Origin: Eledone cirrhosa
Taxonomy: Eukaryota
Assembly: GCA_964016885.1 (NCBI GenBank)
Contig: OZ024742.1
Coordinates: 6,014,001 to 6,078,000, forward strand
DNA: 64,000 nucleotides
Reading direction: 5' to 3'
In this document: piece by piece, positions 13,301 to 28,500 of the stretch
How positions within the stretch are numbered: the stretch's first letter is position 1
Layout: every line of letters begins with the position of its first letter
Made by a program: the position numbers and the translations under genes
The notes under the pieces: generated by a model
The model's database searches: none
The model's input: only the letters and a program-made list of their open reading frames with translations
What the model was told of the DNA's origin: nothing

Positions 13301-16300
13301 GCTGTTATTGCTGTTATTGCTGCGATTGCTGTTATTGCTGTCATTGCTGTTATTGCTGTTATTGTTGTCATTGCTGTTATTGCTGTCATTGCTGTCATTT
13401 CTGTCATTGCTGTCATAGCTGTTATTTCTGTTATTGCTGTTATTGTTGTTATTGTTGTCATTGCTCTTATTGCTGTTATTGCTGTTATTGCTGCGATTGC
13501 TGATATTGCTGTTATTGTTGTCATTGCTGTTATTGCTGTTATTGCTGTTATTGCTGTTATTGCTACGATGGCTGATATTGCTGTTATTGCTATTATTCCT
13601 GTCATTGCTGTTATTGCTGTCATTGCTGTCCTTGCTGTTATTGTTGTCATTGCTGTTATTGCTGTCATTGCTGTTATTGCTGTTATTGCTGTCATTGCTG
13701 TCATTGCTGTCATTGCTGTCATTGCTGTTATTGCTATTATTGCTGTCATTGCTGTCATTGCTGTAATTGCTGTTATTGCTGTTATTGCTGTCATTGCAGT
13801 CATTGCTGTTATAGTTGTCATTGCGGTTATTGCTGTCATTGCTGTCATTACTGTTATTGCTGTCATTGCTGTCATTGCTGTCATTGCTGTTATATCTGTT
13901 ATTGCTGTGATTGCTGTCATTGCTGTCATTGCTGTCATTGCTGTTATTGCTGTCATTGCTGTTATTACTGTTATTGCAGTCACTGCTGTCATTGCTGTCA
14001 TTGCTGTCATTGCTGTTATTGCTGTTATTGCTGTCATTGCTGTCATTGCTGTTATTGCTATCATTGCTGTTATTGCTGTTATTGCAGTCATTGCTGTCAT
14101 TGCTGTCATTGCTGTCATTGCTGTCATTGCTGTTATTGCTGTCATTGCTGTCATTGCTGTCATTGCTGTCATTGCTGTTATTGCAGTCATTGCTGTCATT
14201 GCTGTCATTGCTGTTATTGCTGTCATTGCTGTCATTGCTGTCATTGCTGTCATTGCTGTCATTGCTGTCATTGCTGTCATTGCTGTTATTCCTGTCATTG
14301 CTGTTATTGCTGTTATTGCTGTCATTGCTGTCATTGCTGTTATTGCTGTTATTGCTGTCATTGCTGTCATTGCTGTTATTCCTGTCATTGCTGATATTGC
14401 TATTATTGCTGCCATTGCTGTTATTGATGCGATTGCTGATATTGCTGTTATTGCTGTCATTGCTGTTATTGCTGCGATTGCTGATATTGCTGTTATTGCT
14501 GTCATTGGTGTTATTGCTGTCATTGCTGTTATTGCTGTTATTGCTGTCATTGCTGTTATTTCTGTTATTGCTGTCATTGCAGTCATTGCTGTTATTGCTG
14601 TCATTGCTGTCATTGCTATTATTGTTGTTGTTGTTGCCATTGCAGTTATTGCTCTTATTGCTATTATTGCTGTTATTGCTGGCATTGCTGTTATTGCTGT
14701 TATTACTGTCATTGCTGATATTGCAGTCATTGCTGTTATTGCTGTCATTGCTATTATTGCTGTTATTGCTGCTATTGCAGTTATTGCTCTTATTGCTGTT
14801 ATTGCTGTTATTGCTGTCATTGCTGTTATTGCTGTTGTTGCTCTTATTGCTGTTATTGCTGTCATTGCTGTCATTGCAGTCATTGCTGTTATTGCTGGCA
14901 TTGCTGCCATTGCTGTCATTGCTGTCATTGCTGTTATTGCTGTCATTGTAGTTATTGCTGTTATTGCTGCGATTGCTGATATTGCTGTTATTGCTGTCAT
15001 TGCTGTTATTGCTGTTATTGCTGTTATAGTTGTCATTGCTGTTATTGCTGTTATTGCTGTCATTGCTGTTATTGCTGTTATTGGTGTTATTGCTGTTATA
15101 GTTGTCATTGTTGTTATTGCTGTCATTGCTGTTATTGCTGTTATTGCAGTCTTTGCTCTCATTGCTGTTATTGCTGTTATTGCTGTTATTGCTGTCATTG
15201 CTGTCATTGCTGTCATTGCTGTCATTGCTGTCATTGCTGTTATTGCTGTTATTGCTCTCATTGCTGTCATTGCTGTCATTGCTGTTATTACTATCATTGC
15301 TGTTATTGCTGTTATTGCAGTCATTGCTGTCATTGCTGTCATTGCTGTCAATGCTGTTATTGCTGTCATTGCTGTCATTGCTGTCATTGCTGTTATTGCA
15401 GTCATTGCTGTCATTGCTGTCATTGTTGTTATTGCTGTCATTCCTGTCATTGCTGTCATTGCTGTCATTGCTGTTATTCCTGTCATTGCTGTTATTGCTG
15501 TTATTGCTCTCATTGCTGTCATTGCTGTTATTGCTGTTATTGCTGTCATTGCTGTCATTGCTGTTATTCATGTCATTGCTGATATTGCTGTTATTGCTGT
15601 CATTGCTGTTATTGCTGTTATTTCTGTCATTGCTGATATTGCTATTATTGCAGCCATTGCTGTTATTGATGCGATTGCTGATATTGCTGTTATTGCTGTC
15701 ATTGCTGTTATTGCTGCGATTGCTGATATTGCTGTTATTGCTGTCATTGGTGTTATTGCTGTCATTGCTGTTATTGCTGTTATTGCTGTCATTGCTGTTA
15801 TTGCTGTTATTGCTGTTGTTGCTGTTATAGCTGTCATTGCTGTTATTGCTGTCATTGCTGTCATTGCTATTATTGCTGTTATTGCAGCCATTGCAGTTAT
15901 TGCTCTTATTGCTATTATTGCTGTTATTGCTGGCATTGCTGTTATTGCTGTTATTGCTGTCATTGCTGATATTGCAGTCATTGCTGTTCTTGCTGTCATT
16001 GCTATTATCGCTGTTATTGCTGCTATTGCAGTTATTGCTCTTATTGCTGTTATTGCTGTTATTGCTGTCATTGCTGTTATTGCTGTTGTTGCTCTTATTG
16101 CTGTTATTGCTGTCATTGCTGTCATTGCAGTCATTGCTGTTATTGCTGGCATTGCTGTCATTGCTGTCATTGCTGTCATTGCTGTTATTGCTGTTATTGC
16201 TGTTATTGCAGTCATTGCTGTCATTGCTGTCATTGCTGTTATTGCTGTCATTGCTGTCATTGCTGTCATTGCTGTCATTGCTATCATTGCTGTCATTGCT

Positions 16301-19300
16301 GTCATTGCTGTCATTGCTGTCATTGCTGTTATTCCTGTCATTGCTGTTATTGCTGTTATTGCTGTCATTGCTGTCATTGCTGTTATTGCTGTTATTGCTG
16401 TCATTGCTGTCATTGCTGTTATTCCTGTCATTGCTGATATTGCTGTTATTGCTGTCATTGCTGTCATTGCTGTTATTCCTGTCATTGCTGTTATTGCTGT
16501 TATTTCTGTCATTGCTGATATTGCTATTATTGCTGCCATTGCTGTTATTGATGCGATTGCTGATATTGCTGTTATTGCTGTCATTGCTGTTATTGCTGCG
16601 ATTGCTGATATTGCTGTAATTGCTGTCATTGGTGTTATTGCTGTCATTGCTGTTATTGCTGTTATTGCTGTCATTGCTGTTATTGCTGTTATTGCTGTCA
16701 TTGCAGTCATTGCTGTTATTGCTGTCATTGCTGTCATTGCTATTATTGCTGTTATTGCTGCCATTGCAGTTATTGCTCTTATTGCTATTATTGCTGTTAT
16801 TGCTGGCATTGCTGTTATTGCTGTTATTGCTGTCATTGCTGATATTGCAGTCATTGCTGTTATTGCTGTCATTGCTATTATTGCTGTTATTGCTGCTATT
16901 GCAGTTATTGCTCTTATTGCTGTTATTGCTGTTATTGCTGTTATTGCTGTTGTTGCTCTTATTGCTGTTATTGCTGTCATTGCTGTCATTGCAGTCATTG
17001 CTGTTATTGCTGTCATTGCTGTCATTGCTGTCATTGCTGTCATTGCTGTCATTGCTGTTATTGCTGTCATTGTAGTTATTGCTGTTATTGCTGCGATTGC
17101 TGATATTGCTGTTATTGCTGTCATTGCTGTTATTGCTGTTATTGCTGTTATTGCTGTTATAGTTGTCATTGCTGTTATTGCTGTTATTGCTGTCATTGCT
17201 GTTATTGCTGTTATTGCTGTTATAGTTGTCATTGTTGTTATTGCTGTCATTGCTGTTATTGCTGTTATAGCAGTCTTTGCTGTCATTGCTGTCATTGGTG
17301 TTATTGCAGTCATTGCTGTCATTGCTGTTATTGCAGTCATTGCTGTCATTGCTGTCATTGCTGTCATTGCTGTCATTGCTGTCATTGGTGTTATTGCTGT
17401 CATTGCTGTTATTGCAGTCATTGCTGTCATTGCTGTTATTGCTGTCATTGCTGTCATTGCTGTCATTGCTGTCATTGCTGTCATTGCTGTTATTGCTGTC
17501 ATTGCTGTCATTGCTGTTATTCCTGTCATTGCTGATATTGCTGTTATTGCTGTCATTGCTGTTATTGCTGCGATTGCTGATATTGCTGTTATTGCTGTCA
17601 TTGTTGTTATTGCTGCGATTGCTGATATTGCTGTTATTGCTGTCATTGCTGTCATTGCTGTTATTCCTGTCATTGCTGATATTGCTGTTATTGCTGTCAT
17701 TGCTGTTATTGCTGCGATTGCTGATATTGCTGTTATTGCTGTCATTGCTGTTATTGCTGCGATTGCTGATATTGCTGTTATTGCTGTCATTGCTGTTATT
17801 GCTGTTATTTCTGTCATTGCTGTTATTGATGTTATTGCTGTCATTGCTGTTATTGCTGTCATTGCTGTTATTGCTGTCATTGCTGTTAGTGCTGTCATTG
17901 CTGTCATTGCTGTTATTGCTGCGATTGCTGATATTGCTCTTATTGCTGTCATTGCTGTTATTGCTGTTATTGCTCTCATTGCTGTTATTGCTGCTATTGC
18001 TGATATTGCTGTTATTGCTGTCATTGCTGATATTGCTCTTATTGCTGTCATTGCTGTTATTGCTGTTATTGCTGTCATTGCTGTTATTGCTGCGATTGCT
18101 GATATTGCTCTTATTGCTGTCATTGCTGTTATTGCTGTTATTGCTCTCATTGCTGTTATTGCTGCTATTGCTGATATTGCTGTTATTGCTGTCATTGCTG
18201 ATATTGCTCTTATTGCTGTCATTGCTGTTATTGCTGTTATTGCTGTCATTGCTGTTATTGCTGCGATTGCTGATATTGCTCTTATTGCTGTCATTGCTGT
18301 TATTGCTTTTATTGCTGTCATTGCTGTTATTGCTGCGATTGCTGATATTGCTGTTATTGCTGCCATTGCTGTTATTGGTGTTATTGCTGTCATTGCTGTT
18401 ATTGCTGTTATTGCTGTTATTGCTGTTATTGCTGTCATTGCAATCATTGCTGTTATTGCTGCCATTGCTGTTATTGCTGTTATTGCTGCAATTGCTGATA
18501 TTGCTGTTATTGTTGTTATTGCTGTTATTGCTGCGATTGCTGATATTGCTGTTATTGCTGTCATTTTTCTTATTGCTGTCATTTCTGTTATTGCTGTCAT
18601 TGCTGTCATTGCTGTCATTGCTGTCATTGCTGTTATCGCTGTTATTGTGTTATTGTTGTCATTGCTGTTATTGCTGTTATTGCTGTTATTGCTGTTATTG
18701 CTGTTATTGCTGCCATTTCTGTTATAGCTGTCATTGCTGTCATTGCTGTTATTTCTGTTATTGCTGTTATTGTTGTTATTGCTGTTATTGCCGCTGTTGT
18801 TATTGTTGATACTGCTATTTTTATTACTGTTGTTGTTAATTCTGTTGTTTTTGTTATTATTTTTGATGCTGATGTTGTCACTGTTACTGTTATTATTGCT
18901 GTTATTGTTGCTGTTATAGCTGTTATTGCTGTTATTGCTATTATTGCTGTTATTGTTGCTCTTATTGCTGTTATTACTTTTATTATTGTTATTGCTGTTA
19001 TTACTGTTATTAATGCTGCTATTGCTGCTATTGCTGTTATTGCTGTTATTACTGCTATTATTGCTGATATTGATGTTATTACTGTTCTTCTTTCTGTTAA
19101 TACGGTTATTGCTGTTATTGCATTTGTTACTGTTAATGCTGTTATTATTGTTATTGCTGTTATTGTTGTTATTGCGTTTTTACTGTTATTGCTGTTATTA
19201 CTATTATTGCTGTTATTGCTGTTATTACTGTTATTGCTCTTATTGCTGTTATTACTCTTATTGCTGCTATTATTGCTCTTATTGCTGTTATTACTGTTAT

Positions 19301-19576
19301 TGCTGTTATTGCGTTTATTATTGTTATTGCTGTTATTGCTGTTATTACTGTTATTGCTCTTATTACTTTTATTGCTGTTATTAATACTGCTATTGCTGCT
19401 ATTGCTGTTATTACTGCTATTATTGCTCTTATTACTGCTGTTATTCTGTTATTACTCTTATTGCTCTTATTACTGTTATTACTCCTGTTATTGCTCTTAT
19501 TGCTGCCATTGTTGCTGTTATTGTTGCTGTTATTGCTGCTGTTATCGCTATTATTACTGCTGTTATTGCTGTTATT
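7378..19576. repeat. Higher-order repeat unit, 12,199 bp
   Basis: Rare variants recur at an offset of exactly 12,199 (gcagttacttgctg at ~1047/13246; ORF pairs 316/12515, 973/13172, 6443/18642; junction gctacgatggct at 7378/19577). Confidence 0.93.
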
Positions 19577-22500
19577 GCTACGATGGCTGATATTGCTGTT
19601 ATTGCTATTATTCCTGTCATTGCTGTTATTGCTGTCATTGCTGTCCTTGCTGTTATTGTTGTCATTGCTGTTATTGCTGTCATTGCTGTTATTGCTGTTA
19701 TTGCTGTCATTGCTGTCATTGCTGTCATTGCTGTCATTGCTGTTATTGCTATTATTGCTGTCATTGCTGTCATTGCTGTAATTGCTATTATTGCTGTCAT
19801 TGCTGTCATTGCTGTAATTGCTGTTATTGCTGTTATTGCTGTCATTGCAGTCATTGCTGTTATAGTTGTCATTGCGGTTATTGCTGTCATTGCTGTCATT
19901 ACTGTTATTGCTGTCATTGCTGTCATTGCTGTCATTGCTGTTATATCTGTTATTGCTGTGATTGCTGTCATTGCTGTCATTGCTGTCATTGCTGTCATTG
20001 CTGTCATTGCTGTCATTGCTGTTATTGCTGTTATTGCTGTCATTGCTGTCATTGCTGTTATTGCTATCATTGCTGTTATTGCTGTTATTGCAGTCATTGC
20101 TGTCATTGCTGTCATTGCTGTCATTGCTGTCATTGCTGTTATTGCTGTCATTGCTGTCATTGCTGTCATTGCTGTCATTGCTGTTATTGCAGTCATTGCT
20201 GTCATTGCTGTCATTGCTGTTATTGCTGTCATTGCTGTCATTGCTGTCATTGCTGTCATTGCTGTCATTGCTGTTATTCCTGTCATTGCTGTTATTGCTG
20301 TTATTGCTGTCATTGCTGTCATTGCTGTTATTGCTGCTATTGCTGTCATTGCTGTCATTGCTGTTATTCCTGTCATTGCTGATATTGCTATTATTGCTGC
20401 CATTGCTGTTATTGATGCGATTGCTGATATTGCTGTTATTGCTGTCATTGCTGTTATTGCTGCGATTGCTGATATTGCTGTTATTGCTGTCATTGGTGTT
20501 ATTGCTGTCATTGCTGTTATTGCTGTTATTGCTATCATTTCTGTTATTGCTGTTATTGCTGTCATTGCAGTCATTGCTGTTATTGCTGTCATTGCTGTCA
20601 TTGCTATTATTGTTGTTATTTCTGCCATTGCAGTTATTGCTCTTATTGCTATTATTGCTGTTATTGCTGGCATTGCTGTTATTGCTGTTATTGCTGTCAT
20701 TGCTGATATTGCAGTCATTGCTGTTATTGCTGTCATTGCTATTATTGCTGTTATTGCTGCTATTGCAGTTATTGCTCTTATTGCTGTTATTGCTGTTATT
20801 GCTGTCATTGCTGTTATTGCTGTTGTTGCTCTTATTGCTGTTATTGCTGTCATTGCTGTCATTGCAGTCATTGCTGTTATTGCTGGCATTGCTGCCATTG
20901 CTGTCATTGCTGTCATTGCTGTTATTGCTGTCATTGTAGTTATTGCTGTTATTGCTGCGATTGCTGATATTGCTGTTATTGCTGTCATTGCTGTTATTGC
21001 TGTTATTGCTGTTATTGCTGTTATAGTTGTCATTGCTGTTATTGCTGTTATTGCTGTCATTGCTGTTATTGCTGTTATTGCTGTTATAGTTGTCATTGTT
21101 GTTATTGCTGTCATTGCTGTTATTGCTGTTATTGCAGTCTTTGCTGTCATTGCTGTCATTGCTGTTATTGCTGTTATTGCTGTCATTGCTGTCATTGCTG
21201 TCATTGGTGTTATTGCTGTCATTGCTGTTATTGCTGTTATTGCAGTCATTGCTGTCATTGGTGTCATTGCTGTCATTGCTGTCATTGCTGTTATTGCTGT
21301 TATTGCTGTCATTGCTGTCATTGCTGTCATTGCTGTCACTGCTGTCATTGCTGACATATCTGTTTTTGATGTTATTGGTATCATTGCTGTCATTGCTGTT
21401 AGTACTGTCATTGCTGCTATGGCTGTTATTGCTGTTATTGCTGTCATTGCTGTCATTGCTGTCATTGCTGTTATTGCTGTTATTGCTGTTATTGCTGTCA
21501 TTGCAGTTATTGCTGTTATTGCCGCGATTGCTGATATTGCTGTTATTTCTCTCATTGCTGTTATTGTTGTTATTGCTGTTATTGCTGTTATAGTTGTCAT
21601 TGCTGTTATTGCTGTTATTGCTGTCATTGCTGTTATTGCTGTCATTGCTGTTATTGTCGTCATTGTTGTTATTGCTGTTATTGCTGGCATTGCTGTTATT
21701 GCTGCGATTGCTGATATTGCTGTTATTGCTGCGATTGCTGATATTGATGTTATTGCTGCGATTGCTGATATTGCTGTTATTGCTGCGATTGCTGATATTG
21801 ATGTTATTGCTGTCATTGCTGTTATTGCTGTTATTTCTGTCATTGCTGATATTGCTATTATTGCTGTCATTTCTGTTATTGCTGTCATTGCTATTATTGC
21901 TGTTATTGTTGTCATTGCTGTTATTGCTGTTATTGCTGTTATTGCTGTTATTGCTGTCATTGCTGTCATTGCTGTCATTGCTGTCATTGCTGTTAATGCT
22001 ATTATTGCTGTCATTGCTGTCATTGCTGTAATTGCTGTTATTGCTGTTATTGCTGTCATTGCAGTCATTGCTGTTATAGTTGTCATTGCGGTTATTGCTG
22101 TCATTGCTGTCATTACTGTTATTGCTGTCATTGCTGTCATTGCTGTCATTGCTGTTATATCTGTTATTGCTGTGATTGCTGTCATTGCTGTCATTGCTGT
22201 CATTGCTGTTATTGCTGTCATTGCTGTTATTACTGTTATTGCAGTCACTGCTGTCATTGCTGTCATTGCTGTCATTGCTGTTATTGCTGTTATTGCTGTC
22301 ATTGCTGTCATTGCTGTTATTGCTATCATTGCTGTTATTGCTGTTATTGCAGTCATTGCTGTCATTGCTGTCATTGCTGTCATTGCTGTCATTGCTGTTA
22401 TTGCTGTCATTGCTGTCATTGCTGTCATTGCTGTTATTGCAGTCATTGCTGTCATTGCTGTCATTGCTGTTATTGCTGTCATTGCTGTCATTGCTGTCAT

Positions 22501-25500
22501 TGCTGTCATTGCTGTCATTGCTGTCATTGCTGTCATTGCTGTTATTCCTGTCATTGCTGTTATTGCTGTTATTGCTGTCATTGCTGTCATTGCTGTTATT
22601 GCTGTTATTGCTGTCATTGCTGTCATTGCTGTTATTCCTGTCATTGCTGATATTGCTATTATTGCTGCCATTTCTGTTATTGATGCGATTGCTGATATTG
22701 CTGTTATTGCTGTCATTGCTGTTATTGCTGCGATTGCTGATATTGCTGTTATTGCTGTCATTGGTGTTATTGCTGTCATTGCTGTTATTGCTGTTATTGC
22801 TGTCATTGCTGTTATTGCTGTTATTGCTGTCATTGCAGTCATTGCTGTTATTGCTGTCATTGCTGTCATTGCTATTATTGTTGTTATTTCTGCCATTGCA
22901 GTTATTGCTCTTATTGCTATTATTGCTGTTATTGCTGGCATTGCTGTTATTGCTGTTATTGCTGTCATTGCTGATATTGCAGTCATTGCTGTTATTGCTG
23001 TCATTGCTATTATTGCTGTTATTGCTGCTATTGCAGTTATTGCTCTTATTGCTGTTATTGCTGTTATTGCTGTCATTGCTGTTATTGCTGTTGTTGCTCT
23101 TATTGCTGTTATTGCTGTCATTGCTGTCATTGCAGTCATTGCTGTTATTGCTGGCATTGCTGCCATTGCTGTCATTGCTGTCATTGCTGTTATTGCTGTC
23201 ATTGTAGTTATTGCTGTTATTGCTGCGATTGCTGATATTGCTGTTATTGCTGTCATTGCTGTTATTGCTGTTATAGTTGTCATTGCTGTTAATGCTGTTA
23301 TTGCTGTCATTGCTGTTATTGCTGTTATTGCTGTTATAGTTGTCATTGTTGTTATTGCTGTCATTGCTGTTATTGCTGTTATTGCAGTCTTTGCTGTCAT
23401 TGCTGTCATTGCTGTTATTGCTGTTATTGCTGTCATTGCTGTCATTGCTGTCATTGGTGTTATTGCTGTCATTGCTGTTATTGCTGTTATTGCAGTCATT
23501 GCTGTCATTGGTGTCATTGCTGTCATTGCTGTCATTGCTGTTATTGCTGTTATTGCTGTCATTGCTGTCATTGCTGTCATTGCTGTCACTGCTGTCATTG
23601 CTGACATATCTGTTTTTGATGTTATTGGTATCATTGCTGTCATTGCTGTTAGTACTGTCATTGCTGCTATGGCTGTTATTGCTGTTATTGCTGTCATTGC
23701 TGTCATTGCTGTCATTGCTGTCATTGCTGTTATTGCTGTTATTGCTGTTATTGCTGTCATTGCAGTTATTGCTGTTATTGCTGCGATTACTGATATTGCT
23801 GTTATTTCTCTCATTGCTGTTATTGTTGTTATTGCTGTTATTGCTGTTATAGTTGTCATTGCTGTTATTGCTGTTATTGCTGTCATTGCTGTTATTGCTG
23901 TCATTGCTGTTATTGTTGTCATTGTTGTTATTGCTGTTATTGCTGGCATTGCTGTTATTGCTGCGATTGCTGATATTGCTGTTATTGCTGCGATTGCTGA
24001 TATTGATGTTATTGCTGCGATTGCTGATATTGCTGTTATTGCTGCGATTGCTGATATTGATGTTATTGCTGTCATTGCTGTTATTGCTGTTATTTCTGTC
24101 ATTGCTGATATTGCTATTATTGCTGTCATTTCTGTTATTGCTGTCATTGCTATTATTGCTGTTATTGTTGTCATTGCTGTTATTGCTGTTATTGCTGTTA
24201 TTTCTGTCATTGCAGTCATTGCTGTTATTGCTGTCATTGCTGTCTTTGCTGTTATTGCTGCCATTGCAGTTATTGCTGTTATTGATGTTATTGCTGTTAT
24301 TGCTGTCATTGCTGCCATTGCTGTCATTGCTGTCATTGCTGTTATTGCTGTTATTGCTGCGATTGCTGATATTGCTGTTATTGCTGTTATTGCTGTCATT
24401 GCTGTTATTGCTGTCATTGCAGTTATTGCTGTCATTGCAGTTATTGCTGTTATTGCTGTTATTGCTGTTATTGCTGGCATTGCTGATATTGCTGTCATTG
24501 CTGTTATTGCTGTTATTGCTGCGATTGCTGTTATTGCTGTTATTGCTGTCATTGCTGTTATTGTTGTCATTGCTGTTATTGCTGTCATTGCTGTCATTGC
24601 TGTTCTTGCTATTATTGCTGTCATTACTGTCATTGCTGTTATTGCTGTCATTGCTGTCATTGCTGTTATTGCTGTTATTGCTGTCATTTCTGTTATTGCT
24701 GTCATTGTTGTCATTGCTGTTATTTCTGTTATTGCTGTTATTGTTGTTATTGCTGTCATTGCTCTTATTGCTGTTATTGCTGCGATTGCTGATATTGGTG
24801 TAATTGTTGTCATTGCTGTTATTGCTGTTATTGCTGTTATTGCTGCGATGGCTGATATTGCTATTATTGCTGTCATTGCTGTCATTGCTATTATTTCTGT
24901 CATTGCTGTTATTGCTGTCATTGCTGTCATTGCTGTCATTGATGTTATTGTTGTCATTGCTGTTATTGGTGTCATTGGTGTCATTGCTGTTATTGCTGTT
25001 ATTGCTATTATTGCTGTTATTGTTGTCATTGCTGTTATTGCTGTCATTGCTGTCATTGCTGTTATTGCTATTATTGCTGTCATTGCTGTCATTGCTGTCA
25101 TGGCTGTCGTTGCTCTTATTGCTATTATTGATGTCATTGCTGTTATTGCTGTCATTGCTGTCATTGCTGTTATTGTTGTCATTGCTGTCATTGCTGTCAT
25201 TGCTGTCATTGCTGTTATTGCTATTATTGCTGTCATTGCTGTTATTGCTGTCATTGCTGTCGTTGCTCTTATTGCTATTATTGATGTCATTGCTGTTATT
25301 GCTGTCATTGCTGTCATTGCTGTTATTTCTGTCATTGCTGTTATTGCTGTTATAGTTGTCATTGCTCTTATTGCTGTCATTGCTGTTATTGATGCGATTG
25401 CTAATATTGCTGTTATTGCTGTCATTGCTGTTATTGGTGTTATTGCTGTCATTGCTGTAATTGCTGTTATTGCTGTTATTGCTGTCATTGCAGTCATTGC

Positions 25501-28500
25501 TGTTATTGCTGTCATTGCTGTTATTGCTGCCATTGCAGTTACTTGCTGTTATTGCTGTTATTGCTGTTATTGCTGTCATTGCTGTTGTTGCTGTTATTGC
25601 TGTTATTGCTGCGATTGCTGTTATTGCTGTCATTGCTGTTATTGCTGTTATTGTTGTCATTGCTGTTATTGCTGTCATTGCTGTCATTTCTGTCATTGCT
25701 GTCATAGCTGTTATTTCTGTTATTGCTGTTATTGTTGTTATTGTTGTCATTGCTCTTATTGCTGTTATTGCTGTTATTGCTGCGATTGCTGATATTGCTG
25801 TTATTGTTGTCATTGCTGTTATTGCTGTTATTGCTGTTATTGCTGTTATTGCTGTTATTGCTACGATGGCTGATATTGCTGTTATTGCTATTATTCCTGT
25901 CATTGCTGTTATTGCTGTCATTGCTGTCCTTGCTGTTATTGTTGTCATTGCTGTTATTGCTGTCATTGCTGTTATTGCTGTTATTGCTGTCATTGCTGTC
26001 ATTGCTGTCATTGCTGTCATTGCTGTTATTGCTATTATTGCTGTCATTGCTGTCATTGCTGTAATTGCTGTTATTGCTGTTATTGCTGTCATTGCAGTCA
26101 TTGCTGTTATAGTTGTCATTGCGGTTATTGCTGTCATTGCTGTCATTACTGTTATTGCTGTCATTGCTGTCATTGCTGTCATTGCTGTTATATCTGTTAT
26201 TGCTGTGATTGCTGTCATTGCTGTCATTGCTGTCATTGCTGTTATTGCTGTCATTGCTGTTATTACTGTTATTGCAGTCACTGCTGTCATTGCTGTCATT
26301 GCTGTCATTGCTGTTATTGCTGTTATTGCTGTCATTGCTGTCATTGCTGTTATTGCTATCATTGCTGTTATTGCTGTTATTGCAGTCATTGCTGTCATTG
26401 CTGTCATTGCTGTCATTGCTGTCATTGCTGTTATTGCTGTCATTGCTGTCATTGCTGTCATTGCTGTCATTGCTGTTATCGCAGTCATTGCTGTCATTGC
26501 TGTCATTGCTGTTATTGCTGTCATTGCTGTCATTGCTGTCATTGCTGTCATTGCTGTCATTGCTGTCATTGCTGTCATTGCTGTTATTCCTGTCATTGCT
26601 GTTATTGCTGTTATTGCTGTCATTGCTGTCATTGCTGTTATTGCTGTTATTGCTGTCATTGCTGTCATTGCTGTTATTCCTGTCATTGCTGATATTGCTA
26701 TTATTGCTGCCATTGCTGTTATTGATGCGATTGCTGATATTGCTGTTATTGCTGTCATTGCTGTTATTGCTGCGATTGCTGATATTGCTGTTATTGCTGT
26801 CATTGGTGTTATTGCTGTCATTGCTGTTATTGCTGTTATTGCTGTCATTGCTGTTATTTCTGTTATTGCTGTCATTGCAGTCATTGCTGTTATTGCTGTC
26901 ATTGCTGTCATTGCTATTATTGTTGTTGTTGTTGCCATTGCAGTTATTGCTCTTATTGCTATTATTGCTGTTATTGCTGGCATTGCTGTTATTGCTGTTA
27001 TTACTGTCATTGCTGATATTGCAGTCATTGCTGTTATTGCTGTCATTGCTATTATTGCTGTTATTGCTGCTATTGCAGTTATTGCTCTTATTGCTGTTAT
27101 TGCTGTTATTGCTGTCATTGCTGTTATTGCTGTTGTTGCTCTTATTGCTGTTATTGCTGTCATTGCTGTCATTGCAGTCATTGCTGTTATTGCTGGCATT
27201 GCTGCCATTGCTGTCATTGCTGTCATTGCTGTTATTGCTGTCATTGTAGTTATTGCTGTTATTGCTGCGATTGCTGATATTGCTGTTATTGCTGTCATTG
27301 CTGTTATTGCTGTTATTGCTGTTATAGTTGTCATTGCTGTTATTGCTGTTATTGCTGTCATTGCTGTTATTGCTGTTATTGGTGTTATTGCTGTTATAGT
27401 TGTCATTGTTGTTATTGCTGTCATTGCTGTTATTGCTGTTATTGCAGTCTTTGCTCTCATTGCTGTTATTGCTGTTATTGCTGTTATTGCTGTCATTGCT
27501 GTCATTGCTGTCATTGCTGTCATTGCTGTCATTGCTGTTATTGCTGTTATTGCTCTCATTGCTGTCATTGCTGTCATTGCTGTTATTACTATCATTGCTG
27601 TTATTGCTGTTATTGCAGTCATTGCTGTCATTGCTGTCATTGCTGTCAATGCTGTTATTGCTGTCATTGCTGTCATTGCTGTCATTGCTGTTATTGCAGT
27701 CATTGCTGTCATTGCTGTCATTGTTGTTATTGCTGTCATTCCTGTCATTGCTGTCATTGCTGTCATTGCTGTTATTCCTGTCATTGCTGTTATTGCTGTT
27801 ATTGCTCTCATTGCTGTCATTGCTGTTATTGCTGTTATTGCTGTCATTGCTGTCATTGCTGTTATTCATGTCATTGCTGATATTGCTGTTATTGCTGTCA
27901 TTGCTGTTATTGCTGTTATTTCTGTCATTGCTGATATTGCTATTATTGCAGCCATTGCTGTTATTGATGCGATTGCTGATATTGCTGTTATTGCTGTCAT
28001 TGCTGTTATTGCTGCGATTGCTGATATTGCTGTTATTGCTGTCATTGGTGTTATTGCTGTCATTGCTGTTATTGCTGTTATTGCTGTCATTGCTGTTATT
28101 GCTGTTATTGCTGTTGTTGCTGTTATAGCTGTCATTGCTGTTATTGCTGTCATTGCTGTCATTGCTATTATTGCTGTTATTGCAGCCATTGCAGTTATTG
28201 CTCTTATTGCTATTATTGCTGTTATTGCTGGCATTGCTGTTATTGCTGTTATTGCTGTCATTGCTGATATTGCAGTCATTGCTGTTCTTGCTGTCATTGC
28301 TATTATCGCTGTTATTGCTGCTATTGCAGTTATTGCTCTTATTGCTGTTATTGCTGTTATTGCTGTCATTGCTGTTATTGCTGTTGTTGCTCTTATTGCT
28401 GTTATTGCTGTCATTGCTGTCATTGCAGTCATTGCTGTTATTGCTGGCATTGCTGTCATTGCTGTCATTGCTGTCATTGCTGTTATTGCTGTTATTGCTG